Positions 39,181-52,424 of a DNA stretch of 64,000 bases are shown piece by piece. A program made the position numbers and the translations under genes. This stretch comes from Marsupella aquatica (taxonomy: Eukaryota > Plantae > Marchantiophyta). The notes beneath the pieces are model-generated. The model did no database searches. It was not told the DNA's origin and saw only the letters and a program-made list of their open reading frames with translations. The stretch lies in assembly GCA_973895155.1 (NCBI GenBank), contig OZ316898.1:3286480-3350479 (forward strand), given 5' to 3'. Position 1 is the stretch's first letter; each line of letters begins with the position of its first letter.

Positions 39181-40231
39181 AGTTCTCAGCCAAAGACGAG
39201 ATTACTTGATACTTTCTGGAGTGCAACTTACTGCACAATGTCCTAGAATTTATGTTGGTGGAGTTGTTTACGGTACGTCCCTGGAAAAGCAGACCTCCTG
39301 TCAGCTTTTTTTTGCTTTAGCATTTATCTACAAACATGTTTGAAAAAGTCAATCTTTGGATAATATCTTTGGGGATGACATTTATGTCCTTATTGCGTTG
39401 TGATCAAGTTAAAATCCCAGTATCTTCGGTTAACAATGCTCGTCATGTGAAATTGTGAATTAATTGATGCTCTGCTTTACTACAGTAAGAGAGAGGAGAC
39501 AACCCACAACATCAAGTGCTCAAGAACAGTTGAAACTGGATTTCATGATGACCAATGTATAAGGAAAAGGCACTTTTTGAAGTCTATTCTTGGATGGATC
39601 ACCCTGTTTGACCCAAAGATTCGCATGGACCAAATGCTTTTTGACACACTACAGTTTTCTGTGTAAAATAGATGGTGGAAAAGAAGGTGAATAGAATTGA
39701 TGCATCATGAAACAGGAGGGACTTCAAATGGCAACTATTCTAACCTTAACACTATACAATAGTTAGTAAAAAAAAGCCATTCCCTTGGCCTACTGTGGAC
39801 ATGACTATGGGGATAGCTGAGTGTGCAAGCAGAAAACAAGGATGGGGTCAAGGATGAACCGGAGTAGTAAGGAATTTCCTTTTTGTAAGGTCTTTTTTGG
39901 GTCCTCACCTCTAGGTTGTCCTTACCTTCGAGGAATGAGTAGTCAGGCTAGAACTAACAAAAATATCCGACAAGTTACTTGTGAAGAGCTTCCTTGCGAC
40001 AAATGGATCCTGCCACCAGTCAGGCTAGAACTAACTGAAACATCCAACAAGTTACTTGTGAAGCGCTTCTTTGTGACAAATGCATCTTGCCACAGGTTGA
40101 CCAGGCCCCAAAGTTTGTTTCACAGGGAGACTTGGCTTTTGGCGGTATAGGGAAGTCATTGAACTGTCTCCCCTCAAATGCCACCCCTACACTAAAATTT
40201 GATTCACACTGGATTTTTTCCCTACAACTTT

Positions 40232-40781
40232 TAAGTACTTTGTTACTAAAGATGTTCTAATTGACAATATTGCCATGGTTTTTTTTCTTCGTATTTATAA
40301 AAATGCCACGGTTTCATATATGGATGACAAGTTCCCCAAGGTTGTGGGAAGAAATCAGATCAGGAAAAACACTCCAAACATACACTTGCTCAATAGTTAC
40401 GTGGTTTGCCTCAAGGTTGGCTACGTCCACGGGAAGACAAAGTTTTATTAACGATTATGTGTCTACTCAAGCATTACCATAGCTCTCATCTCTTCAAGCT
40501 CTCATCTCTTGCTACTATATGCTATGTGTTCTCTCTTGAGAACTCTCTTGCGTGTGTGTTCTCACACCACATAGAACTTGGAGAGATAAGGACCAATCTC
40601 TTCAACTAGGGTTAGAGTAAACCCTAGTTAACATACTAACCACCATAGTTTAACCCAAGACTGAGTTAACCTCTACAAAGGTAACTAGGGGAACTATATA
40701 CTAAAATTTGACATTTTTGTAAATACAACAAAAATGGTGGCAGTAGTATAAATTCAAACATCTTAAGTGGCACTGTACTAA
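40232..40781. mobile_element. Palindromic MITE, copy B, interrupted by the solo LTR at 40343-40677
   Basis: Both halves match copy A (29351-29561) on either side of the LTR. Confidence 0.8.
40343..40677 (-). mobile_element. Solo LTR (copia-like), 335 bp, inserted into a MITE
   Basis: TG...CA ends with a perfect 5-bp TSD AAGGT (40338-40342 / 40678-40682). The sister MITE at 29351-29561 shows the empty site with a single AAGGT. The minus strand carries GGACGTAGCC...AACCACGTA, shared with the other two LTRs. Confidence 0.9.
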
Positions 40782-40889
40782 AAAACTATTTTTTCCTATT
40801 ACCCCTACTCACACTACAAACTCACCTTGTTTGTAGTGCAAGTGTAGTGTGACTAGGGGTAATACAGAGTGTGGACATTCATACAAAAG

Positions 40890-41236
40890 TGTTAGATATT
40901 GCTCTAGTTTTGTGACTCATGAGTTAACTACAGTTAGGCTAACTCGGGGTAGGACTTAGCTATTGTTAGCGGTAGTGTTGTTGTGTATATAGCCAGGGCT
41001 GATCCCAGACCCTGGTGGAACTTAGGCTCATTGTTACGGAGCTAGTTCAGAGATAGGGAGAGCTTGTGCTGTGGATGCTTGGTATGGCCGGTCGGCCTAG
41101 AGTGCAGTAAAGCTCTTGTGTGTTCCCGTGGACGTAGCCTCATGTGGAGGTGAACCACGTATGATCTCTCTGTGTCGACTATTGTGCGTTGGATGGTTCA
41201 TGGGCTTGCTGTTACGAATGTCGTCTATGCTCAACA
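40890..41236 (+). mobile_element. Solo LTR (copia-like), 347 bp
   Basis: TGTTAG...TCAACA ends, perfect 5-bp TSD AAAAG (40885-40889 / 41237-41241), internal TATATA and GGACGTAGCC...GAACCACGTA. Confidence 0.9.
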
Positions 41237-41344
41237 AAAAGAAGAGTGTTGTCTGGGAACATTGAAGCCCACTAGGGTTTAGGGTTTAGGAACCTTTTTT
41301 CGAGGCTGCTATATGGTGAACCCACCTTTCAGATTTTGTCTCAT

Positions 41345-41825
41345 TCATATTTTGTGTCAAGTATTTTGATTTTAATGTGCCTTAACAAGGTAAATCATTT
41401 GTATTAATTTGATTTTGAATTAACTTTAGGACCTCTCTTAATTTTAGTGAACTTAGAGTATTTTGAATGTATTTGGCTCCCCTCATCAAGGTTTAATCTT
41501 TCCTTTTCAATCACTCCTTAGTGAATTCTCTTTTTTATCATGAGAGTGTAAGAAATGAATTTGATCAATGTGAACATCTGGTGTATTAAATTCCTTTCAT
41601 GGTTTACTTTGCAAAATTTATGGTTTTAATTGAGTTAAATGTCATTACCTAGAAGCAAGTGAAAATCTGTACTGTATGTGCACAACTCAACTCTTTAGTA
41701 CCTTTGTACTCTCTTGGTCATAATGTGATTTTATGTGCATATATTTTACATGTCCCTATTTAAATGAATTACATATCACTAGAAGACAAAAAAAAGACAT
41801 GTTCCAGGATGAACATGCTATATGA
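41345..41825 (+). repeat. Dispersed ~500-bp AT-rich repeat (TE-derived), copy 1
   Basis: Collinear with 52425-52980, e.g. TTTTAATGT.CCTTAACAAGG and ATATCACTA..AGACAAAAA..CATGTTCCAGG..TGA.CATGCTATAT. A more diverged piece starts near 60520. Confidence 0.75.
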
Positions 41826-43958
41826 AGCCTGTGACTAACCACCACTCAAAGCAAACAAGCTAGGGACAAAGGTGAGCAAGGTGAGTGAAGTCACCTCTCT
41901 CTAAGGGCACACATTTGGGAAGAAGCCTGGGTCTTGCACTTACATGTCACTTGCACTACTTATTGTGTACCTTTTCTGAATATATTGTGCACTTATTGAT
42001 GGGTTTAAGGTCCAGGAAATGGGAGCAACGGAGCGCAGTAATGGTAGGGCATCTCAAAAGTCAGGTTTGGTGGTCACCGTCCTCCCCTTAAGAAGGTCGT
42101 CAAATTACATTGGTAACACTTATGGACCCCCATCTTAGGCTGCTCATAACTTTTCTAGGGACTAATAACATACTTTTCCATGGTGGGTTACTTTTGAACT
42201 AGTTTGGAGATGCCTTGCCAGTGTCAGTATACATTCCTTGGGCTTTTGTCTCTTGTCACACTTAACAAGCTGCCAGCTGTTTGGGCAAGATTCTTGTACC
42301 ATTCGTCAGGCTGTACATAACTGCCCTAATGCCCATCTCCTACCTCACAACTGTGACATTTAGTTTACATCAATATTGGATACATATATCCATAGAGTTC
42401 TAAATAGGCTTCATGCTCGTAACCATAAATGTACAATGCCCATATAGGGGATTTGCACTTATATAGTTGTTGTGCAGTGAATCCTTCCACTTATAAAAAG
42501 TGCAAAACCCTTCGGGGAAAAGGTGGAAGAGTCCACCTTGCAATAAACCAGGGTTTTCACTTATGACTTGTGTACTAGGTAGAGGCTAGTTGTACCACTA
42601 CAACAAGGGTGTAGTCTCCCTGCCAGTGAACCAGGAGATTATGACTTTACAATGAGCCTTCTCTGAGGCACCTCGTTGGTATAGCGAAGAGGAAGCTCAT
42701 TAGTCTTGGATTAATCTCACAAGGAACTTAGGATTTATCTTGCACCCAATAGAGGACTTATGTTGGGTTTCCACTTGTGTCATGTACAGATCTTAGAGTT
42801 CTGTTCTTGCGTACATTATTGGGGAGGGCCCCCTCCCTAATCGAAAAATGAAGGCACACATTTGCAATTGGGTTAAGAAGGCAAGAATATGAAAGGCAAA
42901 ATGTTTGCAGTTGATTTAAGGTATGGGTTTTGGGAACTTTTCTCTCATCAGGGTGCCAATGAGTCACGTTTAGCATAAAACAGAGCCTGCCAACAAATCT
43001 AGACGAATAATACTAAGGTTTCTCTGGAATGTAGTATACATACATCTTCTCTCCTTTAGGGTGCACCTGGGACTACTTGAAAGAATTAATCATAGTATCC
43101 AAGGAACTTTAATTGTGGAAATCCATTCTGGCTCACAGAAACTGCTGAAATACTCAAACACAATTCTGGCAGTCTTGCAGTTTCCTCATCTTTCCACTGC
43201 TACTCTTCCTTCTAGCTCACTTTTGTGGGAGAGTTTCAGACGTCTCAGTGACTTGAAGCTGTACCCTGCGCCTGATCCTCACTCGGGCATCATTTTCAAT
43301 GCATCTCTTAATTTGAGAGATACTTCCGCCTCTTTCTACCCGTTGACTGGCTTACTCTTTTCAGCTTGAGGCAACAACGCCCCACCTCTAGACTACTTTG
43401 ATTTGCATTCTCCGCAATTACCTAACAAGTCTCCAAAACTACTAACAAGAGAGACAAAAGGATCTCAACTAAGTTGGCATCAGTCAGTGACAAGCCCCTT
43501 GAAGGGAAAAAAATAGCAGAGTAATGTCTTCTGTCCCAAGTTACCTTCAAGATGAAGATGCGTCACACAGATTCCTGCTGGAAATCCTGCAAGACTAAAA
43601 CCAACTGTGTCTTGGAAAAGATATGTTAAAAACACTTTATGAGCTACTTTATCCATTGTAACAAGTTTCAAGACTAACATGAGATCCCACTCAAGCTCCT
43701 AAGATCTACTAAGTAGTATTTGGTAGGCTCTATGCGCTTCGTTCTCAGCTTAGCACCAAGCAAGGCTCGTCGTAATAAGCGGACGTAATAATGGCATTGG
43801 TAGCTAGATCCAAGACCACTACCATACGTTTTTCAGTGGACATCCGTTGCGGACACGAAGTATCCATGCAACTGCTGTCACATATCAAAACTTGAAGCAA
43901 GAATTAATTGTGCTTACTGATTATGAGAGCACTGATATCAAATTAGATTGACACATAC

Positions 43959-46070
43959 TATGTAGGCAACTGCCTCCTCAAGCTTATTAGACAAGTCCAT
44001 TGATAAATAATTTGCACTGAAAAATAGTGCAGCCATTGAAGCGCCCCACCAACCTCGTGTTTCTTGTACCTGCAATTCCTTGTTGAAAATCTAATTCAGT
44101 GATATAATTCTCAGATCCCATCAATTCAAGCGATGAAGCTATGAGAGTATTCAATGCATCTGGAATTACTTTTCCAGGCTATTGGCCACCAGGACCAGAC
44201 CTTCGTTAGTAAGATCTCCGACGCATCCAAGCGCCATAGAAGCCGGGAATCGAATCATGCCAAACCTTTGGACAAATTTCCTAAGCCTAAGCCTTAGTAA
44301 TTCCATCACTTTGGGCCTTTTGTTCTTCTCAGGTAATCCACTCTCCCCCCAAATGACACGAAAGAAGTTATTCCCATCATCACAGATCTATGGGTCCGAC
44401 ATGTCAATCACTTAATTAATACCAGCTCTTGACTCCTTAACTAAAGAAAAATCAATCTGGACAAAAAGGTTGAAGGTGAGCCCGAGCAATGAACTTAAGA
44501 AAAACTAAAATATCGTGACGAAACTAGTGTTGTCCAAAGCCCGAGGGCATTGTGTTGTAGTGCCTATCCCAGCTAGTTTCCAAAACAAAGGCAAATCTCA
44601 GCACACTCTCTCAATCACTTGCTGAATAGCAGGTTGCCGTAGCTGTGCCAAAATTTGATTGCACTGTCAACAGAAAAAGGCAGTTGAGGTCAACGATCCC
44701 AGCATTCCAAACTGTGCCATGGACTTAACAAACAGAGCACCAGCCGAAGATAACTTGAAGTCACAGGCTCCGGGGATTGAAAATCTCCATTTATGCTCTA
44801 GAACTGAATTTCTTTAACAAGAAAACTCATGATTCAGAAGACACAACCTGCTGATGGCTAATGATTAACATTACTGTCCTCCATGAGTTCAGCTTTCTTG
44901 ACTGGTCTCGCGTCATTCAATCATAAATTCTTACTAGCATTATGCAATAATCACATTGATTGACCGCATTCCGACAAATTCTCACCGCAACACTTGTTAA
45001 CTCTTCTCCAACACAACGGCATCACCCTATCTGTTACAGATTCTGGCGATATATGAGCTCTAATACTGTTATCAAGAGAAGCCAGACAAGCAATGAAATT
45101 GCATGAATACATCCTAGGATTTGCATTTCCTTACATATGAGGAATAAATATATATGCTTTTTCTAAAGAATTCCAGCCTGAATTGCCGTCTTCAAGCTTC
45201 TTTCTGAAGGCAATCTTCAGGGTAGCAACTAGATTATGGGCGTGATGATGCAACTGATGCTGAGTGGAAGTTACGAAGCTTCAGGTTATGCTGCGTGATG
45301 CAAAATGAGCAGGAAAAAGATAGCCTCAATTACCACTCCTTTCCGCTGTTACCGCAGATGTCAGGTGGGACAGTCCACTGTTATTTAAGAGAAGGAAACT
45401 AAGTGTCTAAAGAGAACGAATGTTACTCTTGCCCATGTCTCTCTCATCGGGACTGACTCATCACGTCATAAGTCTCTTATTCAACCAATTGAAAATCTGC
45501 TACTGCATACTTTTGTATAGTACAAAGCAAGTGCAATACTGTCAAGTGAGCAACAATAGTGGACAGTGTACTCTGTCAACACAGAACAAAATGCTGCTCC
45601 TATATTCTAGACTTATAATGATTCACAATACTGGTTATCTAGCCCATGCAAGCACAGCTCAGGCAAAGGGATTACATGTCAACTGTCACAGCATTTGTCT
45701 GCAGGTAGACCGAAGTCTTCAAAGAATGTGTCAAAATACGCTCTTCTCAACAGTCCTTCAAGTCGTTGACTCCAGATCCACCCATCACCACCGAGCCGGA
45801 GAAAGAGCTCAACTTACCTCAGCAAAGTCAGCTTTCTGATCCGCAGCCTAGACATGTCAACTTGCCTCAACCCCACCTTAAAGTCTGAACAAAAGGGATA
45901 GAATAATGGTTATAGTAGTTTTGATACTATTTCCAGAACTGAGGAAGAGAGCAATACCAGGCTCCAGGCCACCACAACCTCTGTCCCCGTCTGAGCTTCC
46001 GGTTGATGCAGGCAGGCACCCTGTGACTTCACCTTGATCCCTAAACCATTGTCCCTTCTGCTTTGTCACC
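43959..46070 (-). pseudogene. Decayed Ulp1/C48 SUMO-protease (OTS1/ULP2-like) exons
   Basis: Splice-bounded fragments: ..NAVTV..ITSIVNHYK| (~45698-45613), AFRKKL..EKAYIFIP| (~45240-45135), and |YKK..LHYFS..NKLEEAVAY| (44069-43959). These parallel 'DPDAV..IMNFYIR|Y..HFFNTYFY.KL.EAV..|..FRRW..F.KAYIFIP' (from recall). Multiple stops and frameshifts. Confidence 0.5.
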
Positions 46071-47136
46071 TGAGACCTAGGTGTTCACTCCTCAACCCTT
46101 CGCCCTTCGTAAGTTGGAATCACTGGCGCGAACAGGTTAAGACCTAGAAATTATACTCACAACACTGTGTGCAGTCTCGAGTCCGAGCCCATCTGAAGTA
46201 GTCACAAACAACATCATTTCAAAACATTATGGTATTGGCCAATCGGGTCCAAGAGCCCGCTGGCCTCAAGTATGCTCCTCACACCACAGTTTCCGTGCCA
46301 TATTCCCAGTCACAAGTAATCTCTTCGCCCCAGGAACTATTCTTGCACAAGCACAGGCGGGGAGAAAAATGACAAAAATTGATCTCCCCTGAAACGAATG
46401 GCCGGCGAAGTAAGAAGATCATCGTCCATCCCTTACGTCCCATGAGGGACGTGTCATAATTGACGACTTGTAGTACGTCCTAATCAATGCCTCTTGCGAG
46501 TGATTTGGAGAAAAACATAATCCTGTATGTCCATACTACGAGCGATTTAAATAACAATAATCACAGTAACATTCCTTTGAAGTCCTCGGCATGAATGTCA
46601 GCTCGAATGTAAAGAAAGTTACTCGTGCGTATTGACTGCAACAGAGATATGAGGGTACTTCGGTTGGAAATAAAGTGGCGTGAATAGCACCCATTTCGGT
46701 GAAGACCCGTCCTCGTTGATCAAAGCCGAACATGACACATGATGCGAACAGCAAATGCAAAAGGATGAGATGGAGCAGGACTTTTGCCTTCTAAGGATCA
46801 AAAGATACGGAGGAAGAGCTCATATCTGTTCTCACTCTCAAGCAATCGCCTTGTTCTCGCAACCACAACCTTTGCCGTGGAGAAGGAGCAATCCCCTGTC
46901 TTCCTCCCAATTGACGCTCCAGTCTTCGCTCCAAAAGGGAACCCAATTTGCTATCACTAAAAGTGATCATCGGCAACAGTTAAATTAAATTTGGAGAGGT
47001 TAGTGTGCTGCTTCCGTGACTGCCCTGGATATGGTATGCTTAATAAGCAGATTATGATATCTATATAGAGCTTCTGTTGATGACACAATTTGGTAAGTTT
47101 GGCAGCCACGTGAAAGATGGTCCTGAGGAACACTTC

Positions 47137-47688
47137 CTAAGTATCTTCCACTTCCAGACCAGGAATGTGCATCTCGCTGCTGCTGTCAATAGAATCATCA
47201 CTGCTGATCCTGCTCACAGGAGAAGTGTTGGGCTTGACAATGATCACAGGGCAAGCTGAGTGGTGGGCACAGTACTCACTCACGCTACCTAGAAACACTC
47301 TCTGGACCCGGTTTAGCCCTCTGCTGCCCACAATCAGCACGTCTGCACACACCCAAAGAACCGCCTTGCAGATCTCCGTCCGCTCGTCTCCCACCACCGT
47401 CCTCCCCTTGCAATGGAAATTGGCCTGAGTGGCACGATCGATGTACCTCTGCAGCAGTGCTGCCGCCCCTGCCTCTGCCTCTCGCTCCAATCTGGCCACA
47501 ACCTCTGCGGGCAACTGCCATTGCGTGATTTCATCCACGCTGCTGCGTCGCACATGGAGGAGATGGATGTTGTCATTGGATTTGCAGTAGTTCTTCACTG
47601 CCCAGTCGAATGCAAAATCCGCCCCAGGACTCTGGTCCAGTGCAATGAGGACAGTCCGAGGCTCTCCCAGCAGAGCAACCATTGTCAT
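47137..47688 (-). CDS. Universal stress protein A (UspA)-like protein, intronless, 183 aa
   Basis: First ATG at 47688 (MTMVALLGEPRTVLIALDQS). Contains AFDWAV, IHLLHV, GDERTEIC, the ATP-binding G-2X-G-9X-G(S/T) motif GSRGLNRVQRVFLGSVS, and YCAHHSACPVIIVK. Confidence 0.95.
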   Translation of the reverse strand: MTMVALLGEPRTVLIALDQSPGADFAFDWAVKNYCKSNDNIHLLHVRRSSVDEITQWQLPAEVVARLEREAEAGAAALLQRYIDRATQANFHCKGRTVVGDERTEICKAVLWVCADVLIVGSRGLNRVQRVFLGSVSEYCAHHSACPVIIVKPNTSPVSRISSDDSIDSSSEMHIPGLEVEDT

Positions 47689-49389
47689 TTTCACAAAATG
47701 CAAGTATCCCCAAATCCCAATCTCCCTCCAGCTCTTCCTCCAAACTCTCTCTCTCTCACTCACTCACTCACTCACTCACTCACCTACTCACTTCGACTCC
47801 TGCCGGCCCGTAGAGAATCTAACAGGACCCCATAATTCTGGACACCAAGATTTCAACATGAGGAGGAAAGCGGTGGACCAAGGAGAGAGGAGAATGCTGG
47901 GGGCTACAATCATCACCTCTCTGATTGTATGTGGGCTCGATCTGCATTGTTTCTGCACTGCTTCAGCTTCTCCAATCTTATCTTGCAGGGTTTGGATCTA
48001 CATTGTCGTGCAGCCCCAGCTGAGCTTCGCGTTCTTCGCCGGGAAGATGCACTAGAGAGAGAACCCTTCCAGAAGCAATCGATGTCCAGAACGCCTCCAC
48101 AACCCACGTCGCAAGAGAATCAAGTCGTGCTCTTCGATCACCGCCTCAGCTGAGACGAATGGGCCCCCCTGGCTGACTTTCTACACTTGCTTTGGGACCC
48201 TTTTGGACCCCTTTTGGGACCTGCACCATTAAACAATTGGCAGGACATGCTGCAGCCAGTCAATGTCTGGTCAGCCTTGCCTTGGAACCTGTGCTCTAAT
48301 AAGGCAAGTTTTGCAAGCACAAGATCACAAAAATGTTCAGGAAATGGCACAGCTCGCCAAATAAGCCAATGTCCAGTTGAAGTGGCAAAGAACGAAATAA
48401 TGGCCAAAGCTCTTATAAGCTCTCATTTCCATCCACACTTTTTGCATATAGTAGGGTGTCTCAATAAATACTCGAGTACACCAGGATAAGAGTTTAGCAT
48501 AACTCAAGAGTTATGAAAACTCCCATAACGCTATGGGAGTTGATTTTACTGGTTGCATACCAGTAAAGCATTGTGGGCATAAGGACCTGGAATATGAGGG
48601 CTTTAGCTGGTTTTATGCAGGTTATTGTAGTCCATAATGCCCTCTTAATGCACACAAAGACCTAAGTGATGTTCTCTTTTTACAAAGTATAGGAGATGTT
48701 TCATAATGCCCTATCCAAATCTGCACCGTGCATTATTCTGTAAAGCACCAAAAAAAGAAATATCACAAAGCACAATATTAATATCATGTTGGTTCTAGTG
48801 CCTTCTTAGTTCAACTTATTGAAAACAATGGAAAAAAAACTTTAACTTATTGAAAACTCTGTGTTATTCTATCCCATTGGAATTTATTAAAAGGATTGAT
48901 ATGAATGGAATTTATTATAAGTTTATTGTAAAATGTCACACAGTGAGAAAAGGGGAGAAATGAGGCACAACAATCTTGAACTGTGAACCAGGTAAGGAGG
49001 CACGGGCCACTAGAGAGTCCTGATTTTTTTAGCTAAGTATGATATCAAAACAATGAAGGCAGCATCATTGTGCAAAACATTGGTGGTGACCTTCATATGG
49101 GACTGGAAGGTCAAGGGCTCAAGCCTTACCTTCTGCAATATTACTTTGATAAAGATGCACGACCCTGAAAAGGGGCAAAATTGTAAACCAAATATTATAC
49201 TGAAAACCAGTATGGGTGGGTAGACATGAGGCAGAGAAAGAAGTGAAATAACTATAGCCCGAACTATAGGGGTTCAATTGTTTTCAATATGGAAAAACAT
49301 AACAAAGAAAACAGCCATCATAGGCCAAAATTAAAATAATAACCAAAAAAATTGAGCTTGGAAGCGGGTTTGGAAGACAAAAACTGGCA

Positions 49390-50358
49390 GAGATGCATCA
49401 TATAGCACTATCAAAACTAATAATGTTAATAAGTTCAACAAATGACATGCCTTGCCAAAACCCATTTCTATCCTAATTGCCTTCTCTAGATAGCAGGCAA
49501 GTCTATAACACTACAGAAAGTTCCGACATTCCCTATACTTCGTACAGCCGCCACTGTTGTTCCCTTGTTGATTTTATGGCCCCTAGACAAATTCATCTTC
49601 ATTAACCTCCTATGCAGTACTGACAAAGATGCGCCATATAGCACTATCAAAACTAATAATGTTAATAAGTTCACTTCCCAGAGAGGCATGGCTGTGTGGT
49701 AGCTCACTTGAGTTGAGACTCATAGATCTATAGTTCAAATGTTGTGGCTGACTATTTCCTTTCTGTGAGGTTTCACAGATGTCCCCTTAAAGATAATAAT
49801 AAGTTCACTGAATGACATGTCTTGCCAAAACCCAATTCTATCCTGATTGCCTTCTCTAGATAGCGCGCAAGTCTATAACACTGCAGAAAGTTCCGACATT
49901 CCCTATACTCTGTACAGCTGCCGTTGTTGTTCCCTTGTTGATTTGATGGGCCCTAGACAAATTCATCTTCATTAACCTCCTCTGCAGTACTGACAAAGAT
50001 GCACCATATAGCACTATCAAAACTAATAATGTTAATAAGTTCACTTCCCAGAGAGGCGTGGCTATGTGGTAGCTCACTTGAGTTGAGACTCATAGGTCTA
50101 TAGTTCAAATGTTGTGACTGACTATTTCCTTTCCGTGGGATTTCACATATTCCCCTTAAAAATAATAATAAGTTCACTAAATGACAGGCCTTGCCAAAAC
50201 CCAATTCTATCCTGATTGCCTTCTCTAGATAGCGGACAAGTCTATAACACTGCAGAATGTTCTGACATTCCCTATACTTTGTACAGCCGCCGGCTGTTGT
50301 TCCCTTGTTGATTTTATGGCCCCTAGACAAATTCATCTTCATTAACCTCCTATGCAGT
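49390..50358 (+). repeat. 370-bp tandem array (~2.7 units), followed by a ~90-bp duplication to ~50570
   Basis: Identical landmarks at 49486, 49856 and 50226. The ORF track shows near-identical duplicated 73-aa frames. Confidence 0.95.
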
Positions 50359-51249
50359 TTAGCCCGGAGCTTTAGTCACTATTCTTTGCAGGGCCCAGGC
50401 TGCTGGTTTTAATAGACTCTTGGCAACTTCACCCTTATAAACCTCCTAGTATGCAGTTCCAGAGCTTTATTCACTATTCTTTGTAGGGCCCAGGCTGCTG
50501 GTTTAAAAGGCCTCCAGACAAATTCATCTTTAATATGTCCCTTGTATGCAGTTTAGCCCAGAGCTTTGGCAGGCTTTTCAATATGCTGGACGGGTTCAAA
50601 GCTTTGTTCTCGTTGGGCCTTGGATACATGTTGTTGATAGTGCAGGGGGTGGTAAATTTTGATTTTTTTTGTTTAAACCCATCAGTCTAGCTAGTATGGA
50701 TCCAGAAAATGAAGCACCCTTCCTGCTTTTGGTGCCATCAAGTTTGGCTGCAACGGCATGTGGCATGTGAGGTCGCATATGATTTTGACAATAGCTAATT
50801 TTGACACCCCTCCGTACGTGTTAGGGTCTCATGTATTGAACTTGTTATATACACTCTTTAATGTATTTAGTCTCACTAACTAATTAGCGTCACACACTAA
50901 TTATGTTCAGGCAAGTGACATTATTTGCTGTCACCCCCAATTGTATTTGAATATGTTATATGAAAAAACTGATGATTGGAGCTGCAAAAATCTCTTGGTA
51001 GTACCCTAAACTGAATCCACTCCACTTTTATCTAGAGACCAGTTGCACACATGTTGCCTAACTATAGAGTAATATAAGCTTTCCTTGTATTTTGGCTTAA
51101 GTTTTATGTCTTTATAAATGATTGACTATTTGAGAACATGGTTCCATTTGGTTTGCCCATCATAGATAGATTTGCTGGAGCAAGGAAACAGAATCAAGAT
51201 TATGTCAAACTGTCAATAGTAATAGAAGTCATTCCAAAAGAAGAAAAGT

Positions 51250-52000
51250 GTGATTGGGAGACAATGTCCCAAATGGCCATCAAATCAATAAACAACAGAA
51301 AAACCCCAGAAACTTAAAAAGCTGCAAAGCCCAAGAGCCGCAAAGCCCTACAGTCCAAATGCAAAAGAACTAAAGCCATATTGAACTGAAAAATTGGGTA
51401 GAGATTTGGGATAAGTGTGTACCAGGAGGGTTGCAAAGAGGAAGTTGCCTGGGCAGTGGACCAGACCCCCTAAAACCAACTGCCTCTGCCCAAGAAAGGA
51501 TAGAGAATGCCTGAGCCTGTTGGAGAGCAAGCTAAGAGACTCGCTGCCAAAAGAGGCGAGTGAGGACTGACACTACAAGATAAGACTAGTGCTCTATACA
51601 ATAAACAGCACAATTCAGGAGGAAACAGTTTGAAAATAGGATACAGTATAAGAGTATGGACCCAAAGACCTCTAAAGCTAGCTAGCAAGTAGTAGATCCC
51701 CAAGGAGACAAACAACATAATCCTCCACTCTCAGCCAAGCTGCCCTGGCTGCAGTCCAGAGAAGGTATGACAGGCACCAAGCAAAGTGCTGGACCAGAAT
51801 CAAGAAGGTAATCTGGACATCACCATGAGCTAGTTGATCTGCAGAACATCCTCATGAAGAAAGTGCACCTTACAAGAAATATATCATGCAGAAATGCCGC
51901 CTTGCCATAAGGTACCCCCAAGACCCTGAGACTGGCTGTCCAAGGCCAGGGAGAAAGAGGTAATGTAAATTGCTTTTCTTTTTGTTTCTGCTCGTTGCAG
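51250..52000 (-). mobile_element. Decayed LINE ORF2 fragment plus 3' end
   Basis: RVLGVPYG (YLGVP-like end of RT) near 51910-51935, and the family 3'-end motifs at ~51250-51400. Confidence 0.5.
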
Positions 52001-52424
52001 GAAAAAATATATAAAGATAGTAAGGAATCAAAGGCCCATCTAATACGGACTGCAGAAAATCCTGAAACATTCAACAAAAGGTGGTTGACTTTGGAAATTT
52101 GTATGTGCATTTATGTTCAACAAAATTTGGTAATGTTGGGCTCCTTGGAAAGTTTTTCTGCATGATGTTATTGTCTTACCGCATGATGTTGTTGTTCTTA
52201 CTGTCTGGTAAGGTTTTAGAGAAAAGGTTGCAGCACTCACTCATGCATAATGGAAACCCTCATGGAGTAACAGTTATTGTTAGAAATCTCAGAAAACTTG
52301 TGTAACAATGCCTACTAATCTGGTTTGCAGGTCTAAAATTGCAAGATTTTACTTTTTAACAATTTATTTGCCCTATATTATTGACACTGCTACATGGTGA
52401 ATCCAACTTTCATGTTTTGTCTTA

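Noticed and set aside
45361-45464. Box C/D snoRNA on the minus strand (GTGATGA..CTGA)
   Set aside because: Only a 3-bp terminal stem and no recognisable rRNA/snRNA antisense element.
49486-50342. Duplicated 73-aa membrane-protein genes
   Set aside because: The ORFs begin at non-ATG codons and are by-products of the 370-bp tandem repeat.
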